This document shows positions 1-10,743 of a stretch of 64,000 nt of DNA, piece by piece. The stretch comes from an uncultured Acidobacteriota bacterium. GTDB taxonomy: Bacteria > Acidobacteriota > Thermoanaerobaculia > Multivoradales > SZUA-115. The first letter of the stretch is position 1. Each line of letters starts with the position of its first letter. The stretch spans positions 525,069-589,068 of the forward strand of contig CAWDVR010000004.1 of assembly GCA_963805975.1 (NCBI GenBank), written 5' to 3'. Under the pieces are notes generated by a model. It made no database searches. It worked only from the letters and a program-made list of their open reading frames with translations, and was not told the origin of the DNA. A program made the position numbers and the translations under genes.

Positions 1-223
1 CGTCGAGTGCCTGCGGCGAGTCGGTGCGGGCGAGGTCTCACCCGGCGCCTGGACGCCGTCCAAAGCCTTCGGCGCCGATTTCGTCGCTACGCTGCCGGGT
101 GTCCAGGTGGGTGAGGTGGTCCGGAAGGAAGGCTCCCGGTGATGGTGGGGGCCATGGCTTGCCTCGCTCACGCGCTTGTCCGAGCCGGTTGATTCTGTTT
201 GCTGAGTTCGAGAGGATCTGGCC

Positions 224-424
224 ATGAAGCTCAAGGTTGTCGTACATGAGGCAGAAGAGGGCGGTTATTGGGCCGAGGTGCCTGCGATTCCTGGCTGCGC
301 CACCCAGGGAGAGACTTTCGAGGAGCTGCTGCAGAACCTCTACGAGGCGGTCGAGGGTTGTATGGCAGTGGATCTGGAACCATCGGCTACCGATGGCGAG
401 CGGGTCATAGAGATCGCTGTGTGA
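224..424 (+). CDS. hicB: HicB-family antitoxin (UPF0150, RNase H-like fold)
   Basis: 66-aa ORF with the typical HicB N-terminal sequence (KLKVVVHEAEEGGYWAEVPAIPGCATQGETFEEL). Its stop overlaps the GTG start of the downstream HicA-like ORF. Confidence 0.7.
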   Translation: MKLKVVVHEAEEGGYWAEVPAIPGCATQGETFEELLQNLYEAVEGCMAVDLEPSATDGERVIEIAV

Positions 425-627
425 AGCAGCTTTCGGGTCGTGATCTCGCGCGCCTCGTCGAAAGACATGGTTGGGCACTGTTGCGGATCCACGGCAGCCA
501 TCACATCTACGGCAAGACCGGCAGCAAGGCTCGCCTCTCGATCCCGATCCACGGGAGCCACCCGCTCAAGACCGGCCTGCTCCGGTATCTGTTGAAGACA
601 GCCGGAATCAACGAGCAGGATCTGTAA
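421..627 (+). CDS. hicA: HicA-family mRNA interferase toxin (YcfA-like)
   Basis: 68-aa product carrying the HicA signature (LVERHGWALLRIHGSHHIYGKTGSKARLSIPIHGSHPLKTGLL). GTG start overlaps the hicB stop (GTGTGA). Confidence 0.7.
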   Translation: MKQLSGRDLARLVERHGWALLRIHGSHHIYGKTGSKARLSIPIHGSHPLKTGLLRYLLKTAGINEQDL

Positions 628-696
628 CCCGCGCTCCCGAGCCGGGCGACCCACAAGCCCCCTGCTCCAAACCCGACACTAACGCGCCTCTTAAGC

Positions 697-1038
697 TCAC
701 GGGTAGTTCGGGCACTGCATCACGCACTCCCGGTAGCGGTCGTGACAGGCGTCGATGCACTCGTCGTCGAAGGGCGGGCACTGGTGCTGGATACAGCACT
801 TGCGCTCGTTGAAGCAGCTCGCGCAGGGGTTGGGCGAGCAGAAGTAGGGTGGCGGGAGTGTTTTGGCCTCGGCAGCCGGCGCGAGTAGCGCGAGCAGCAC
901 CGGGTCGGCGGCTGGGATCGGCTGGGATTCCGCCAACGGGACTGGTTCTCCGGAAGAGGGCGCCGCCGGCGCGATGTCGGCAGACGCAGTGAGAACCACG
1001 AAAAGGGCGGGGACGAGGGCGAGCAAGGCTTTTTTCAT
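697..1038 (-). CDS. small secreted cysteine-rich protein (hypothetical)
   Basis: ATG with AAGGAAG Shine-Dalgarno about 10 nt upstream. N-terminal signal peptide (MKKALLALVPALFVVLTASA). The C-terminal 50 residues contain 12 Cys (CSPNPCASCFNERKCCIQHQCPPFDDECIDACHDRYRECVMQC). Divergent from the metal ABC transporter operon. Confidence 0.5.
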   Translation of the reverse strand: MKKALLALVPALFVVLTASADIAPAAPSSGEPVPLAESQPIPAADPVLLALLAPAAEAKTLPPPYFCSPNPCASCFNERKCCIQHQCPPFDDECIDACHDRYRECVMQCPNYP

Positions 1039-1203
1039 CAGGACACTTCCTTTGTCCAAGGGGGTGCCGGCGGAGGGCCTCGGGGAGACCGCCCTCGGCC
1101 GCGGTCTGCTCGAGGTGGTGAGCTGCTACGGAAGGGTCTTGCCCTGCTGTGCGTGAGAAGGGAGGGCTTGCGTCTTTTGCCAGGTCGAGAGTATGATTTT
1201 GGC

Positions 1204-2129
1204 ATGTCAAAAAGATGGGTTCTCCTCCCTGCCCTGCTGAGCTTCCTCGCCGCCTGCAGCGGCGATCCTGCTTCCAAGCCCTCCTCCTCCCGCCAGGGGC
1301 CGATCAAGGTCGTCGCCACCACTGGCATGATCGGCGACGCCGCGAAGCGCATCGCCGGGGACCTGGCCCAGGTGGAGGCGCTGATGGGCCCGGGGGTGGA
1401 TCCACACCTCTACAAGGCCAGCGAGAGCGACGTACGCAGGCTCTCGGAGGCCGATCTGATCCTCTACAACGGTCTCCACCTCGAAGGGAAGATGGGCGAC
1501 ATCCTGGTCAAGCTGGCGCGGACGCGCGCGGTGGTGGCGGTGTCCGAGACCATCCCGCAGGGGGAGCTTCGGGAGCCGCCCGAGTTCGCCGGCCAGTACG
1601 ACCCGCACATCTGGTTCGACGTCCGGCTCTGGTCGCGCACGCTCGACCCCATTGCCGAGGCCCTGGCCGGGCTCGACCCGGCGAACGCCGAGGCCTTCCG
1701 CTCCAACGCCGCACGCTACCGGGAAGAGCTCGGCGAGCTCGACACCTGGGTGGCAGGGCGTATCCTCGAGATCCCGGAAGGCCAGCGCGTGCTGGTCACC
1801 GCGCACGACGCCTTCGGCTACTTCGGCCGCCGCTACGGTATGAAGGTGATGGGCCTGCAAGGCATCAGCACGCTCTCCGAGGCGGGGCTCAGGGACGTGG
1901 AGCGCGTGGTCGACGAAGTGGTCGCCAGCGGAATCAAGGCGGTGTTCATCGAATCGTCCGTGCCGCGGCGCTCGATCGAAGCCGTCCAGGGGGCCTGCCG
2001 CGCCCGCGGGCGCGAGGTGGCGATCGGCGGCCAGCTCTTCTCGGACGCCATGGGCGCCCCCGGCACCGACGAGGGCACCTACCCCGGCATGGTGCGGGCC
2101 AACGTCAACACCATCGTGGAGGCCCTGAA

Positions 2130-2133
<4 letters not shown>
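1204..2133 (+). CDS. metal ABC transporter substrate-binding lipoprotein (TroA/ZnuA/MntC cluster-9 family)
   Basis: Lipobox ([10 protein letters not shown]). Family-typical motifs ([29 protein letters not shown]). First gene of a four-gene operon with overlapping stops and starts. Confidence 0.85.
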
Positions 2134-2996
<863 letters not shown>

Positions 2997-2997
2997 G

Positions 2998-4275
2998 GTG
3001 GAGCTGACCTTCTCGGCCCGAAACGTCCTGGTGGGCGCGAGCCTGCTGGGGATCGCCGGCGGCGTGCTGGGCGGCTTCGCGCTGCTGCGGCGGCAGAGCC
3101 TCCTGGGTGACGCGCTCGCCCACGCGGCGCTGCCGGGCGTGTGCGTGGCCTATCTCCTCACCCACAGCAAGAGCCCGGCACCGCTCCTGGCCGGTGCGCT
3201 GGTGGCGGGTCTCCTGGGCGCTCTCCTGATCCTCGCCGTGCGCCGCTTCTCGCGCATCAAGGAGGACGCGGCGATCGGCATCGTGCTGTCGGTCTTCTTC
3301 GGCGCCGGGATCGTGCTCCTCACCCACATCCAGAAGCTGCCGTTCGCCAACCAGAGCGGGCTCGACAAGTTCCTCTTCGGGCAGGCGGCGACTCTCATGC
3401 CGCGCGACATCGTGGTGATGGCCGTGCTGGTGACCCTGGTGCTCGGCACCACCTTCCTGTTCTTCAAGGAGCTCAAGCTGCTGGCCTTCGACCGCGAGTT
3501 CGGCGCCAGCCTGGGCTATCCCATGCGGAGCATCGAGATCCTGCTCACTCTGCTCCTGGTGGTGGTCGTCGTGGTGGGGTTGCAGACCGTGGGCGTGGTG
3601 CTGATGGTGGCGACGCTCGTCACCCCCGCGGCCGCCGCCCGCCAGTGGACGGACCGGCTGGGGCTGATGCTGCTCCTGTCGGCGGCGATCGGCGGCACCT
3701 CGGGCGCCGCCGGGGCGCTGCTCTCGGCGAGCGTCGAGCGCCTGCCGACCGGGCCGACGATCGTGCTGCTGTCGAGCGCGGCGCTGGTCGTCTCGCTGGT
3801 CTTGGCACCCCGTCGCGGGCTCCTGCAAGCGTTCCTGAAAGACCGGCGGGTGGCGACCCGCATCCGGCGCGAGAACCTGCTCAAGGATCTCTATGTCTGG
3901 ACCGAGCGGGGGAGCGGTCAGGGCGACCACTGGCTGCACTGGCCGGACCTCATGGGCACGCGCGGCCAGAGCGGCGGGCAGGTCTCCTCCGTGGCGAGGG
4001 CGCTGGCGAGGAATGGGCTCGCCGAGACCAGCGGACGCGGCGTGCGGTTGACGGCGGAGGGCCTGGCCGCGGCCCAGGCCGTGGTGCGGAGACACCGGCT
4101 GTGGGAGGTGTACCTGACGCGTCGCCTGGAGCTGCCGAGCGACCACGTGCACCGCGACGCCGAGGTAATGGAGCACGCGCTCACCGACGACGACGCGGCC
4201 GAGCTCGAAGAGCTGCTGGGCTCGCCCACCGTCGACCCCCACGGCAGCCCGATCCCGCCGCGGAGGGTGGCATGA
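2998..4275 (+). CDS. metal ABC transporter permease (ABC-3 family) fused to a C-terminal DtxR/MntR-like metalloregulator domain
   Basis: N-terminal ~280 aa form a TroC/ZnuB-like polytopic permease. C-terminal ~140 aa align along the full DtxR N-terminal region: wHTH (QVSSVARALARNGL...GVRLTAEGLAAAQAVVRRHRLWEVYL) plus metal-binding/dimerisation helix (DHVHRDAEVMEHALTDDDAAELEELLGSPTVDPHGSPIP). GTG start. Confidence 0.8.
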   Translation: MELTFSARNVLVGASLLGIAGGVLGGFALLRRQSLLGDALAHAALPGVCVAYLLTHSKSPAPLLAGALVAGLLGALLILAVRRFSRIKEDAAIGIVLSVFFGAGIVLLTHIQKLPFANQSGLDKFLFGQAATLMPRDIVVMAVLVTLVLGTTFLFFKELKLLAFDREFGASLGYPMRSIEILLTLLLVVVVVVGLQTVGVVLMVATLVTPAAAARQWTDRLGLMLLLSAAIGGTSGAAGALLSASVERLPTGPTIVLLSSAALVVSLVLAPRRGLLQAFLKDRRVATRIRRENLLKDLYVWTERGSGQGDHWLHWPDLMGTRGQSGGQVSSVARALARNGLAETSGRGVRLTAEGLAAAQAVVRRHRLWEVYLTRRLELPSDHVHRDAEVMEHALTDDDAAELEELLGSPTVDPHGSPIPPRRVA

Positions 4276-5381
4276 GCCCGACGCTGGTCATCCTCGTGGT
4301 GGGCGCCCTGGTCGCCGCCTCCTGCGCTCTGGTCGGCGCGTTCCTGGTGCTGCGCCAGATGGCCCTCCTGGGCGACGCCATCAGCCACGCCGTGCTGCCC
4401 GGCATCGTCCTCGCCTTTCTCCTGACCGGCGATCGGAGCACGCTTCCGATGGTGCTCGGGGCGGGAGCCTTCGGCGTGCTGACGGTGCTCCTGGTGGAGC
4501 TCTTCAACCGCACGCGCCGGCTGCGCGAGGACGCCTCGATCGGCGTCGTGTTCCCGGCCCTCTTCGCCTTCGGCGTGCTGCTGGTCAGCCGCTACGCGGC
4601 ACAGGTCGACCTCGACCTCGACTGCGTGCTCTACGGCGAGATCGCCTACGCGCCCTGGGACCTGCTCTATGCCGGCGGCCGCTCGCTCGGGCCCAAGGCC
4701 CTGTGGATCAACGGCACGGTGCTGGCCGTGAACGTGGCCATCGTGCTCCTCTTCTACAAGGAGCTCAAGCTCGCCACCTTCGACCGCGAGCTGGCCGCCG
4801 CGCTCGGCTTCCTGCCGGCCGCTCTCCACTACCTCCTGATGAGCATGGTGTCGATCACCGTGGTGGGCGCCTTCGAGAGCGTGGGGGCGATCCTGGTGGT
4901 GGCGATGCTGATCGTGCCGCCGGCCACCGCCTATCTCCTCACCGACCGGCTCTCGCGCATGCTGCTGCTCTCGGCGGCGCTCGGCGTGGCCTCGGCCGGC
5001 GGCGGCTACGCCATGGCGCGCTGGCTCGACGCCTCGATCGCCGGCTCCATGGCCACGGTGGCGGGCGCCATGTTCCTCCTCACCTTCCTGCTCTCGCCGC
5101 GCTACGGCCTCGTGGCGCGGGCCGTCCGCCACCGGCGGCTGACGTTCGCCACCGCCGACCAGCTCGTGATGCTCCACCTCTCCCACGGCAGCGAGGGCCT
5201 GCCGAAGGCCGAGGTCGTCCGCCGCTTCGCCTGGCCGGCGCGGCGCCTCGAAGCGACGGTCCGCCGCCTCGCTGCCCGCGGCTGGATCGAGGCCAACGGC
5301 TCGGGCTTGAAGCTCACCACCACCGGCGCCACGGCTCTCGAAGCCAGCGGCCAGGCGGTGCTGCGGCACCAAGGGACGTAG
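4272..5381 (+). CDS. metal ABC transporter permease (ABC-3 family) with C-terminal winged-helix (DtxR N-terminal-like) extension
   Basis: TroD/ZnuB-like permease with ATG overlapping the upstream stop. C-terminal ~90 aa (LVMLHLSHGSEGLPKAEVVRRFAWPARRLEATVRRLAARGWIEANGSGLKLTTTGATALEASGQAVLRH) resemble the DtxR-family wHTH but lack the metal-binding domain. The track ORF 3141-5381 is an artefactual extension. Confidence 0.75.
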   Translation: MSPTLVILVVGALVAASCALVGAFLVLRQMALLGDAISHAVLPGIVLAFLLTGDRSTLPMVLGAGAFGVLTVLLVELFNRTRRLREDASIGVVFPALFAFGVLLVSRYAAQVDLDLDCVLYGEIAYAPWDLLYAGGRSLGPKALWINGTVLAVNVAIVLLFYKELKLATFDRELAAALGFLPAALHYLLMSMVSITVVGAFESVGAILVVAMLIVPPATAYLLTDRLSRMLLLSAALGVASAGGGYAMARWLDASIAGSMATVAGAMFLLTFLLSPRYGLVARAVRHRRLTFATADQLVMLHLSHGSEGLPKAEVVRRFAWPARRLEATVRRLAARGWIEANGSGLKLTTTGATALEASGQAVLRHQGT

Positions 5382-5382
5382 G

Positions 5383-5565
5383 TCAGGCCGCTGTCTGCTT
5401 CTCGGGCTCGTATGGTGGTGAGACGAGAAATCGGTCGCGATACTGCTCCTGCATCTCCATGTAGTAGGCGACCAAGCGCTCTGGATCGTGATCGAACCGG
5501 GCCGAGATGCGGTGGCGCACCTCACGCACCTCGTCGATCACCGGATCAGCCTTACTCGGGATCAT
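5383..5565 (-). CDS. small hypothetical protein, putative antitoxin-like partner of the upstream PIN-like gene
   Basis: 60-aa ORF overlapping the 3' end of the PIN-like gene by 14 nt. Helical, charged sequence. Function inferred from context only. Confidence 0.4.
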   Translation of the reverse strand: MIPSKADPVIDEVREVRHRISARFDHDPERLVAYYMEMQEQYRDRFLVSPPYEPEKQTAA

Positions 5566-6109
5566 CGGCGCCTCCCAGTAGCTCGAGTGGTGTCACCATC
5601 GCGGGCACGAACAGGCCAAGCATGGTGTTCACACGGCGAATGTGCCCGAACTTGTTGGCGTTGGCAAGATGCTGGCAGTTCCAGGTAACCAGAAAGTCGC
5701 ATTTGTGGTACGAGGCGAGTGCCAGGTGGAGCACGTCTCCGCCAGGATTGGCGGGCATGATCTTGTGGCCGATATAGGCGGTAACGATCTCCGCGATCGC
5801 CGGCTCGATCGGGAGCAGAGGAAGGTCGGCCAGTAGACCGAGCCGGAGTGCACTGCGTTCTTGTGGGGCCGCCGCCAACTCGTCCAGCACGGCAGGGCTC
5901 GTAACGAGGTCATACCGATCGATGGCGCCGCTCCACCACTCGCGAGTCCATTCCCGGCGAACTACGATGTCGGGTGCAGTCCGAGCGTCATGGTAAAAGC
6001 TCGGAATCGTGGTCTCGACGTAGACCCGCGGCTTGCTCACGCGGCCAAGATAGCACCTGCCCCGCAGCTTTCTCCTGTGTTCAGCGGAGACGCAAACGGC
6101 CGAGGTCAC
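5552..6109 (-). CDS. PIN-like domain protein (putative toxin/RNase); start codon uncertain
   Basis: C-terminal motif (ASYHKCDFLVTWNCQHLAN) resembles the VapC/PIN C-terminal region. N-terminus (RVYVETTIPSFY) resembles a PIN-like beta1 strand. An alternative GTG start near 6040 is preceded by AGGTG. Confidence 0.5.
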   Translation of the reverse strand: MTSAVCVSAEHRRKLRGRCYLGRVSKPRVYVETTIPSFYHDARTAPDIVVRREWTREWWSGAIDRYDLVTSPAVLDELAAAPQERSALRLGLLADLPLLPIEPAIAEIVTAYIGHKIMPANPGGDVLHLALASYHKCDFLVTWNCQHLANANKFGHIRRVNTMLGLFVPAMVTPLELLGGADDPE

Positions 6110-6150
6110 CCCCGGCCGTGAGCTGAGTAGGTCACCCTCCGTCTTTTACT

Positions 6151-9100
6151 TCACGGCACCGGCTTGGTGGGCACGGAGTCGTAGTGCTCCTGGGTACGCA
6201 CCGGGTCGGCCGGGCGGACCGGGAGCTTCTTGGGGTTGGCGGCGATGGCCTTCATCACCTCCGCGATGCCGCGCTCGAGCTGCGGGTCGCGGCCGGCGAT
6301 CACCGACTGCGGGTCGTTGGCCACCTCGATGTCCGGCGCCACGCCGTACCCTTCGATGATGTACTGGCCGGAGACCGAGGCCGAGGCGCTCTCCGGCACG
6401 AAGACCTGGCCGCCGTCGACCAGGGGCCCGCGGCCCGAGATGCCGACCACCCCGCCCCAGCTCCGCTTGCCGATCAGGGGACCCAGGCCCGCCTGGCGGA
6501 ACATGTAGGGAAAGATGTCGCCGTCCGAGGCCGAGGTCTCGGAGATCAGGCAGGCCATGGGGCCGTAGAAGGTGGCGACCGGGTAGGTGCCGGCCAGCTC
6601 GTCCGTGCGGCCGAAGTCGGTGCCCAGGAGGCGCCGCGACAGCCGCTCGATGAGCATCGGCGAGACGTTGCCGCCGCCGTTGCCCCGCACGTCGACCACC
6701 AGCCCTTCCTTGCGGATCTGACCGTAGTACCACTTGATGAACTCGCGGATGCCGTCCTCGCCCATATCGGGGATGTGGAGGTAGCCCACCCGGCCGTTGG
6801 TGGCCTTGTCGACGCGCTCGTAGTTCCTGGTCACCCAGTCGAGATAGATGAGCGGCGTCTCGCTCGAAATCGGCCGGAAGGTCACCTTGCGGGAGCCTTC
6901 GAGACTGGGCTTGGAGTGGACCGTCAGCTCCACCGGCCGGTCCGCCTTGTTGCGCAGCAGCCGGTAGGGGTCGTCATTGCCTTTGAGCTCGACGCCGTCG
7001 ATCTCCAGCACGTAGTCGCCTTCCTTCACCTCGACGCCGATCTCGGTGAGCGGCGAGCGGTAACGGTCCTCGCTGTTCTGGCCCGCGAAGATGTGGGCGA
7101 TCTTGTACCTGCCCGCGGCGCGGTCGAGCTCGAAGCGGGCGCCCGGCAGCGCCACGCGCGCCCGTTCCGGCAGGTCGAAGTCGCCGCCGGCGATGTAGGC
7201 GTGGGAGATGTTGAGCTCGGCGATCATCTCGCCGATCACGTAGTTCAGGTCGGAGCGGTGGGCGACGTGCTGGAGGAGCGAGCGGTAGCGCTCGCCGATC
7301 GCCTGCCAGTCGTAGCCGTGCAGGTTGGCGACGTAGAACCAGTCACGGAAGCGCCGCCAGACCTCGTCGAAGATCTGCCGCCACTCCTCCTCGGGCACGC
7401 GGTCCACCATCATCCCGGCGGTCGACACCGTCTTCTTGCTGTCGTCGCCGCCGGGCTTGGCCTCGTAGACGTTCCAGCGCTCACCCTGGTGCACGAGGAC
7501 CTTGGAGCCGTCGGCGGAGAGTGAGTAGCCCGAGGTGTCCTTGGCGAGCACGTGGAACTCGCGGTCCTCGAGCGAGTAGACGTGGAGCGAAGGCTGGTCG
7601 TAGCTGTCGCGGCCGTAGAAGAACGCGCCGCCCTTGACCAGCAGGAGGTGTCCCTCCTTGGCGGCGAGGGCGAAGTAGTTGTCGGCCTCGACCGGCACTC
7701 GGGCGACGCGCTGCTCGATCCCGTCCCAGTCGATCTTCACCGGCTTCCTGGCGGGCTTGGCGTCGCCTTCCTTCTCGTCGTCGCCCTTGCCCTTCTCGTC
7801 CTTCTTGTCCTTGTCTTTCGGGTCCTTCTCGTCGCCGGGTTTCTCGGCGTCCTTCTCTTCTTTCTTGTCGACGGTCACTTCGTCGCTCTCCGGCGGGAAG
7901 GGGTGCGGCGTTCCCTTGGCCAGGGCCACGACGTAGACCTCGGTCGCACGATTGGTGACGAAGTTCCATTCGATGAACGAGATCTGCGGAGCGTTGGCGG
8001 CGTCGGCCAGGTAGTAGAGATACTGGCCCTTGGGATCCCAGACCGGGTTGTACTCGCTGCCGAGAGCGCCCGTCACCTGGCGCTTCTTGCCGTCGGCCAG
8101 GCTCCAGATGTGCACCGAGCGGAAACCGGACGCTTCCGCCAGGCTGAACGCCAGGTAGGCGCTGTCCGGGGACCAGGTGTAGTCGCCCACCTGCCCGCGC
8201 AGGTCGTCGGCGACCTGCACCACTTTGCGGTCGGCGATGGTCAGCACGTAGACCTTGCCGTCCTTGTCGGCGAAGGCGAGGCGCTTGCCGTCCGGCGACC
8301 AGACCGGCTGGTAGCGCATCGCCTTGCCGCCGGTGGTTAGCTGTACCGGCTTGCCCTTGCCGCTCTGGTCGAGGAGATAGATCTCCTCTTCACCCGAGGC
8401 GTCGGAGATGTAGGCGAGCTGCGAGCCGTCCGGCGACCAGTTGGCGGCCTTCTCGTGCGATTTCGGTGACTGCGTCAGGTTGCGGGTCGGGCCCTTCTCG
8501 ATCGGCGCCGTGAACAGGTCGCCGCGCGAGGCGAAGGCGACGCGCTCGGCCTTGGGAGAGAGATCGAAGCTCTCGATGTCCTCGCCGGCCGGTACCCGGG
8601 ACGGCCGCTTGTAGACGCCGTCGTCCGGCACGAAGATCGAGATCGCCTTGGCCTGTCGCGCCTTGGTGTCGTAGACCGAGAGCTCGCCGCCCAGCTCGTA
8701 GACGATCTTGCCGGTAGCCTCGTCGGCGCTCGCCCAGCGCACGTCCCAGGAGGTGCTCTTGGTGAGCTGCTCGGCCTCGCCGGGCTTCAGGTCCTGCGCG
8801 TAGAGGTTGAGCGTGCCGTCGCGGTCGGAGACGAAGTAGAACTTGTCGCCGATCCACATCGGGTCGCGGTCGGTGCGTGGAGTGTTGGTGAGGTTGGTGG
8901 CCTGACTGCTCGCCAGGTCGTAGAGGTAGAGATCCTGCGCCCAACCGCCCTGGTACCGCTTCCAGGTGCGGAAGTCGCGCGCCAGCGGCGAGTAGACCAG
9001 TTTCTTGCCGTCCGCCGAGAAGGCGCCGGCACCCGAGGTGGGCATCGGCAGGGGCTCGGCCAGGCCACCGGTCGCGGGCACGGTGTAGAGGCGGCTGTCC

Positions 9101-9543
9101 GAGATGTCCCAGGTGTCCGAGAAAGCGCGGAACAGCACGCTCTTGCCGTCCGGCGTCCAGCCGTAGACCTGGTGATCGTAGCCCCAGCGCGGGGGCAGGG
9201 GGCCCACGGCGGGGTAGAACGTGAGCTGCTTGGGCACGCCGCCGGCGGTCGGCACCACGTACACCTGCTCGTCGCCGTCGTACTGGCCGGTGAAGGCGAT
9301 CCACTGGCCGTCGGGCGAGAACCTGGGGAAGATCTCGAGGCCGGGATGGGCGGTGAGACGCCGGGCCGCGCCGCCGCCGGCGGGAGCCAGCCAGAGGTCG
9401 CCCGCGTAGACGAAGGCCACGGTGTCGCCATGGATGTCGGGGAAGCGCAGCAACTTCGTCTGCGCGGCCGCCGGGGCGGTCAGGCCGAGGCTCAAGCCCA
9501 AGCCCAGGGCCGCGCTGATCGAGATCGATCGAAATCGGGACAT
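6151..9543 (-). CDS. tricorn protease homolog (peptidase S41B) with N-terminal signal peptide
   Basis: 1130 aa. Signal peptide, then TolB/WD40-like beta-propeller repeats, a PDZ-like region and a C-terminal S41 peptidase domain (motifs [21 protein letters not shown]). Contains a K/D/E-rich low-complexity insert. Confidence 0.85.
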   Translation of the reverse strand: MSRFRSISISAALGLGLSLGLTAPAAAQTKLLRFPDIHGDTVAFVYAGDLWLAPAGGGAARRLTAHPGLEIFPRFSPDGQWIAFTGQYDGDEQVYVVPTAGGVPKQLTFYPAVGPLPPRWGYDHQVYGWTPDGKSVLFRAFSDTWDISDSRLYTVPATGGLAEPLPMPTSGAGAFSADGKKLVYSPLARDFRTWKRYQGGWAQDLYLYDLASSQATNLTNTPRTDRDPMWIGDKFYFVSDRDGTLNLYAQDLKPGEAEQLTKSTSWDVRWASADEATGKIVYELGGELSVYDTKARQAKAISIFVPDDGVYKRPSRVPAGEDIESFDLSPKAERVAFASRGDLFTAPIEKGPTRNLTQSPKSHEKAANWSPDGSQLAYISDASGEEEIYLLDQSGKGKPVQLTTGGKAMRYQPVWSPDGKRLAFADKDGKVYVLTIADRKVVQVADDLRGQVGDYTWSPDSAYLAFSLAEASGFRSVHIWSLADGKKRQVTGALGSEYNPVWDPKGQYLYYLADAANAPQISFIEWNFVTNRATEVYVVALAKGTPHPFPPESDEVTVDKKEEKDAEKPGDEKDPKDKDKKDEKGKGDDEKEGDAKPARKPVKIDWDGIEQRVARVPVEADNYFALAAKEGHLLLVKGGAFFYGRDSYDQPSLHVYSLEDREFHVLAKDTSGYSLSADGSKVLVHQGERWNVYEAKPGGDDSKKTVSTAGMMVDRVPEEEWRQIFDEVWRRFRDWFYVANLHGYDWQAIGERYRSLLQHVAHRSDLNYVIGEMIAELNISHAYIAGGDFDLPERARVALPGARFELDRAAGRYKIAHIFAGQNSEDRYRSPLTEIGVEVKEGDYVLEIDGVELKGNDDPYRLLRNKADRPVELTVHSKPSLEGSRKVTFRPISSETPLIYLDWVTRNYERVDKATNGRVGYLHIPDMGEDGIREFIKWYYGQIRKEGLVVDVRGNGGGNVSPMLIERLSRRLLGTDFGRTDELAGTYPVATFYGPMACLISETSASDGDIFPYMFRQAGLGPLIGKRSWGGVVGISGRGPLVDGGQVFVPESASASVSGQYIIEGYGVAPDIEVANDPQSVIAGRDPQLERGIAEVMKAIAANPKKLPVRPADPVRTQEHYDSVPTKPVP

Positions 9544-9744
9544 GCTTTATCTCCAGGTTAGGTCGTCGAGCTTACTACGATTGTCGGCGGAGAAGGTTGC
9601 CGGCGGGTTTGCGGCCCCCCGGCTTATACCCTATGCTTGCAGCCGCTTGCGGCTCCCCGAGCACCACGGAAGCTAGCGTCTAAGACTACACAGCTCCTAA
9701 GGCTATAAATCCCGCCGCTCCACGCTGGGAGAAGGGCTCTCTCG

Positions 9745-10725
9745 ATGGAGATTCACGACCACATCCTGCAAACGCTCGGCAACACGCCGCTCGTCCGACT
9801 GTCGCGGTTCTCGCGCCACGGCGCGCCGCTCGCCGCCAAGATCGAGTCCTTCAACCCCGGCTCGAGCGTCAAGGACCGCATCGGTCTGGCGATGATCGAG
9901 GCGGCCGAAGAGGCCGGCCAGCTCCAGCCGGGCGGCCTGATCGTCGAGCCCACCTCCGGCAACACCGGCGTGGGGCTGGTCATGGCGGCGATCCTCAAAG
10001 GCTACCGGCTGATCTGCACCGCGGCCGAGAAGATCCCCAAGGAGAAGGTGGCGCTGCTCGAGGCCTACGGCGCCAAGGTCATCATCTGCCCCTTGGACGT
10101 CGAGCCCGACGACCCGCGGTCCTACTACAAGGTCGCCGAGCGCATCCGCGACGAGGAAGGCGCCTTCCTGCCCTACCAGTACTACAACCAGGCCAACCCC
10201 GGGGCCCACTACAAGACCACCGGCCCCGAGATCTGGCGCCAGACCGACGGCAAGATCACGCACTGGGTGGCCGGCATCGGCACCGGCGGCACCCTGACCG
10301 GCTCGGCCAAGTTCTTGAAGGAGCAGAACCCCGCGATCCGCGTCATCGGCGTCGATCCGGTGGGCAGCATCTACGCCTACTACCAGCACCACGGCGTGAT
10401 GCCGCCGCCCGAGGAGCAGGGCACCTATCTGACCGACGGCATCGGCGGCTCGATCAAGGCCGAGTCCGCCTGGCTCGAGTACGTGGACGACATCATCTCG
10501 ATGGACGACAAGACCGCGTACCAGACGACGCTCGAGCTGGCGCGCACCGAGGCCATCTTCGGCGGCTCCTCGAGCGGCGCCGCCGCGGCGGGAGCGCGCC
10601 GCATCGCCGCGGAGCTGCCGCCGGAGGCCCTGGTGGTGACGCTCTTCCCGGACTCGGGCGAGCGCTATCTGTCTCGCCTCAACGAGGAATGGATGCGCGC
10701 CAAGGGACTCCTCGACGAGCCCTAG
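9745..10725 (+). CDS. cysK: PLP-dependent cysteine synthase / cystathionine beta-synthase family enzyme
   Basis: PLP-lysine motif (SSVKDRIG), glycine-rich loop (GIGTGGTLTG) and fold-type II PLP enzyme architecture. 326 aa. Assignment as CysK versus CysM versus CBS is not resolvable from sequence alone. Confidence 0.8.
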   Translation: MEIHDHILQTLGNTPLVRLSRFSRHGAPLAAKIESFNPGSSVKDRIGLAMIEAAEEAGQLQPGGLIVEPTSGNTGVGLVMAAILKGYRLICTAAEKIPKEKVALLEAYGAKVIICPLDVEPDDPRSYYKVAERIRDEEGAFLPYQYYNQANPGAHYKTTGPEIWRQTDGKITHWVAGIGTGGTLTGSAKFLKEQNPAIRVIGVDPVGSIYAYYQHHGVMPPPEEQGTYLTDGIGGSIKAESAWLEYVDDIISMDDKTAYQTTLELARTEAIFGGSSSGAAAAGARRIAAELPPEALVVTLFPDSGERYLSRLNEEWMRAKGLLDEP

Positions 10726-10743
10726 CTCACGAAGGACGAAGGA

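Noticed and set aside
3141-5381. 746-aa track ORF covering both permease genes
   Set aside because: The N-terminal 377 aa are an alternative-frame read-through of permease 1. The real second permease starts at the ATG at 4272.
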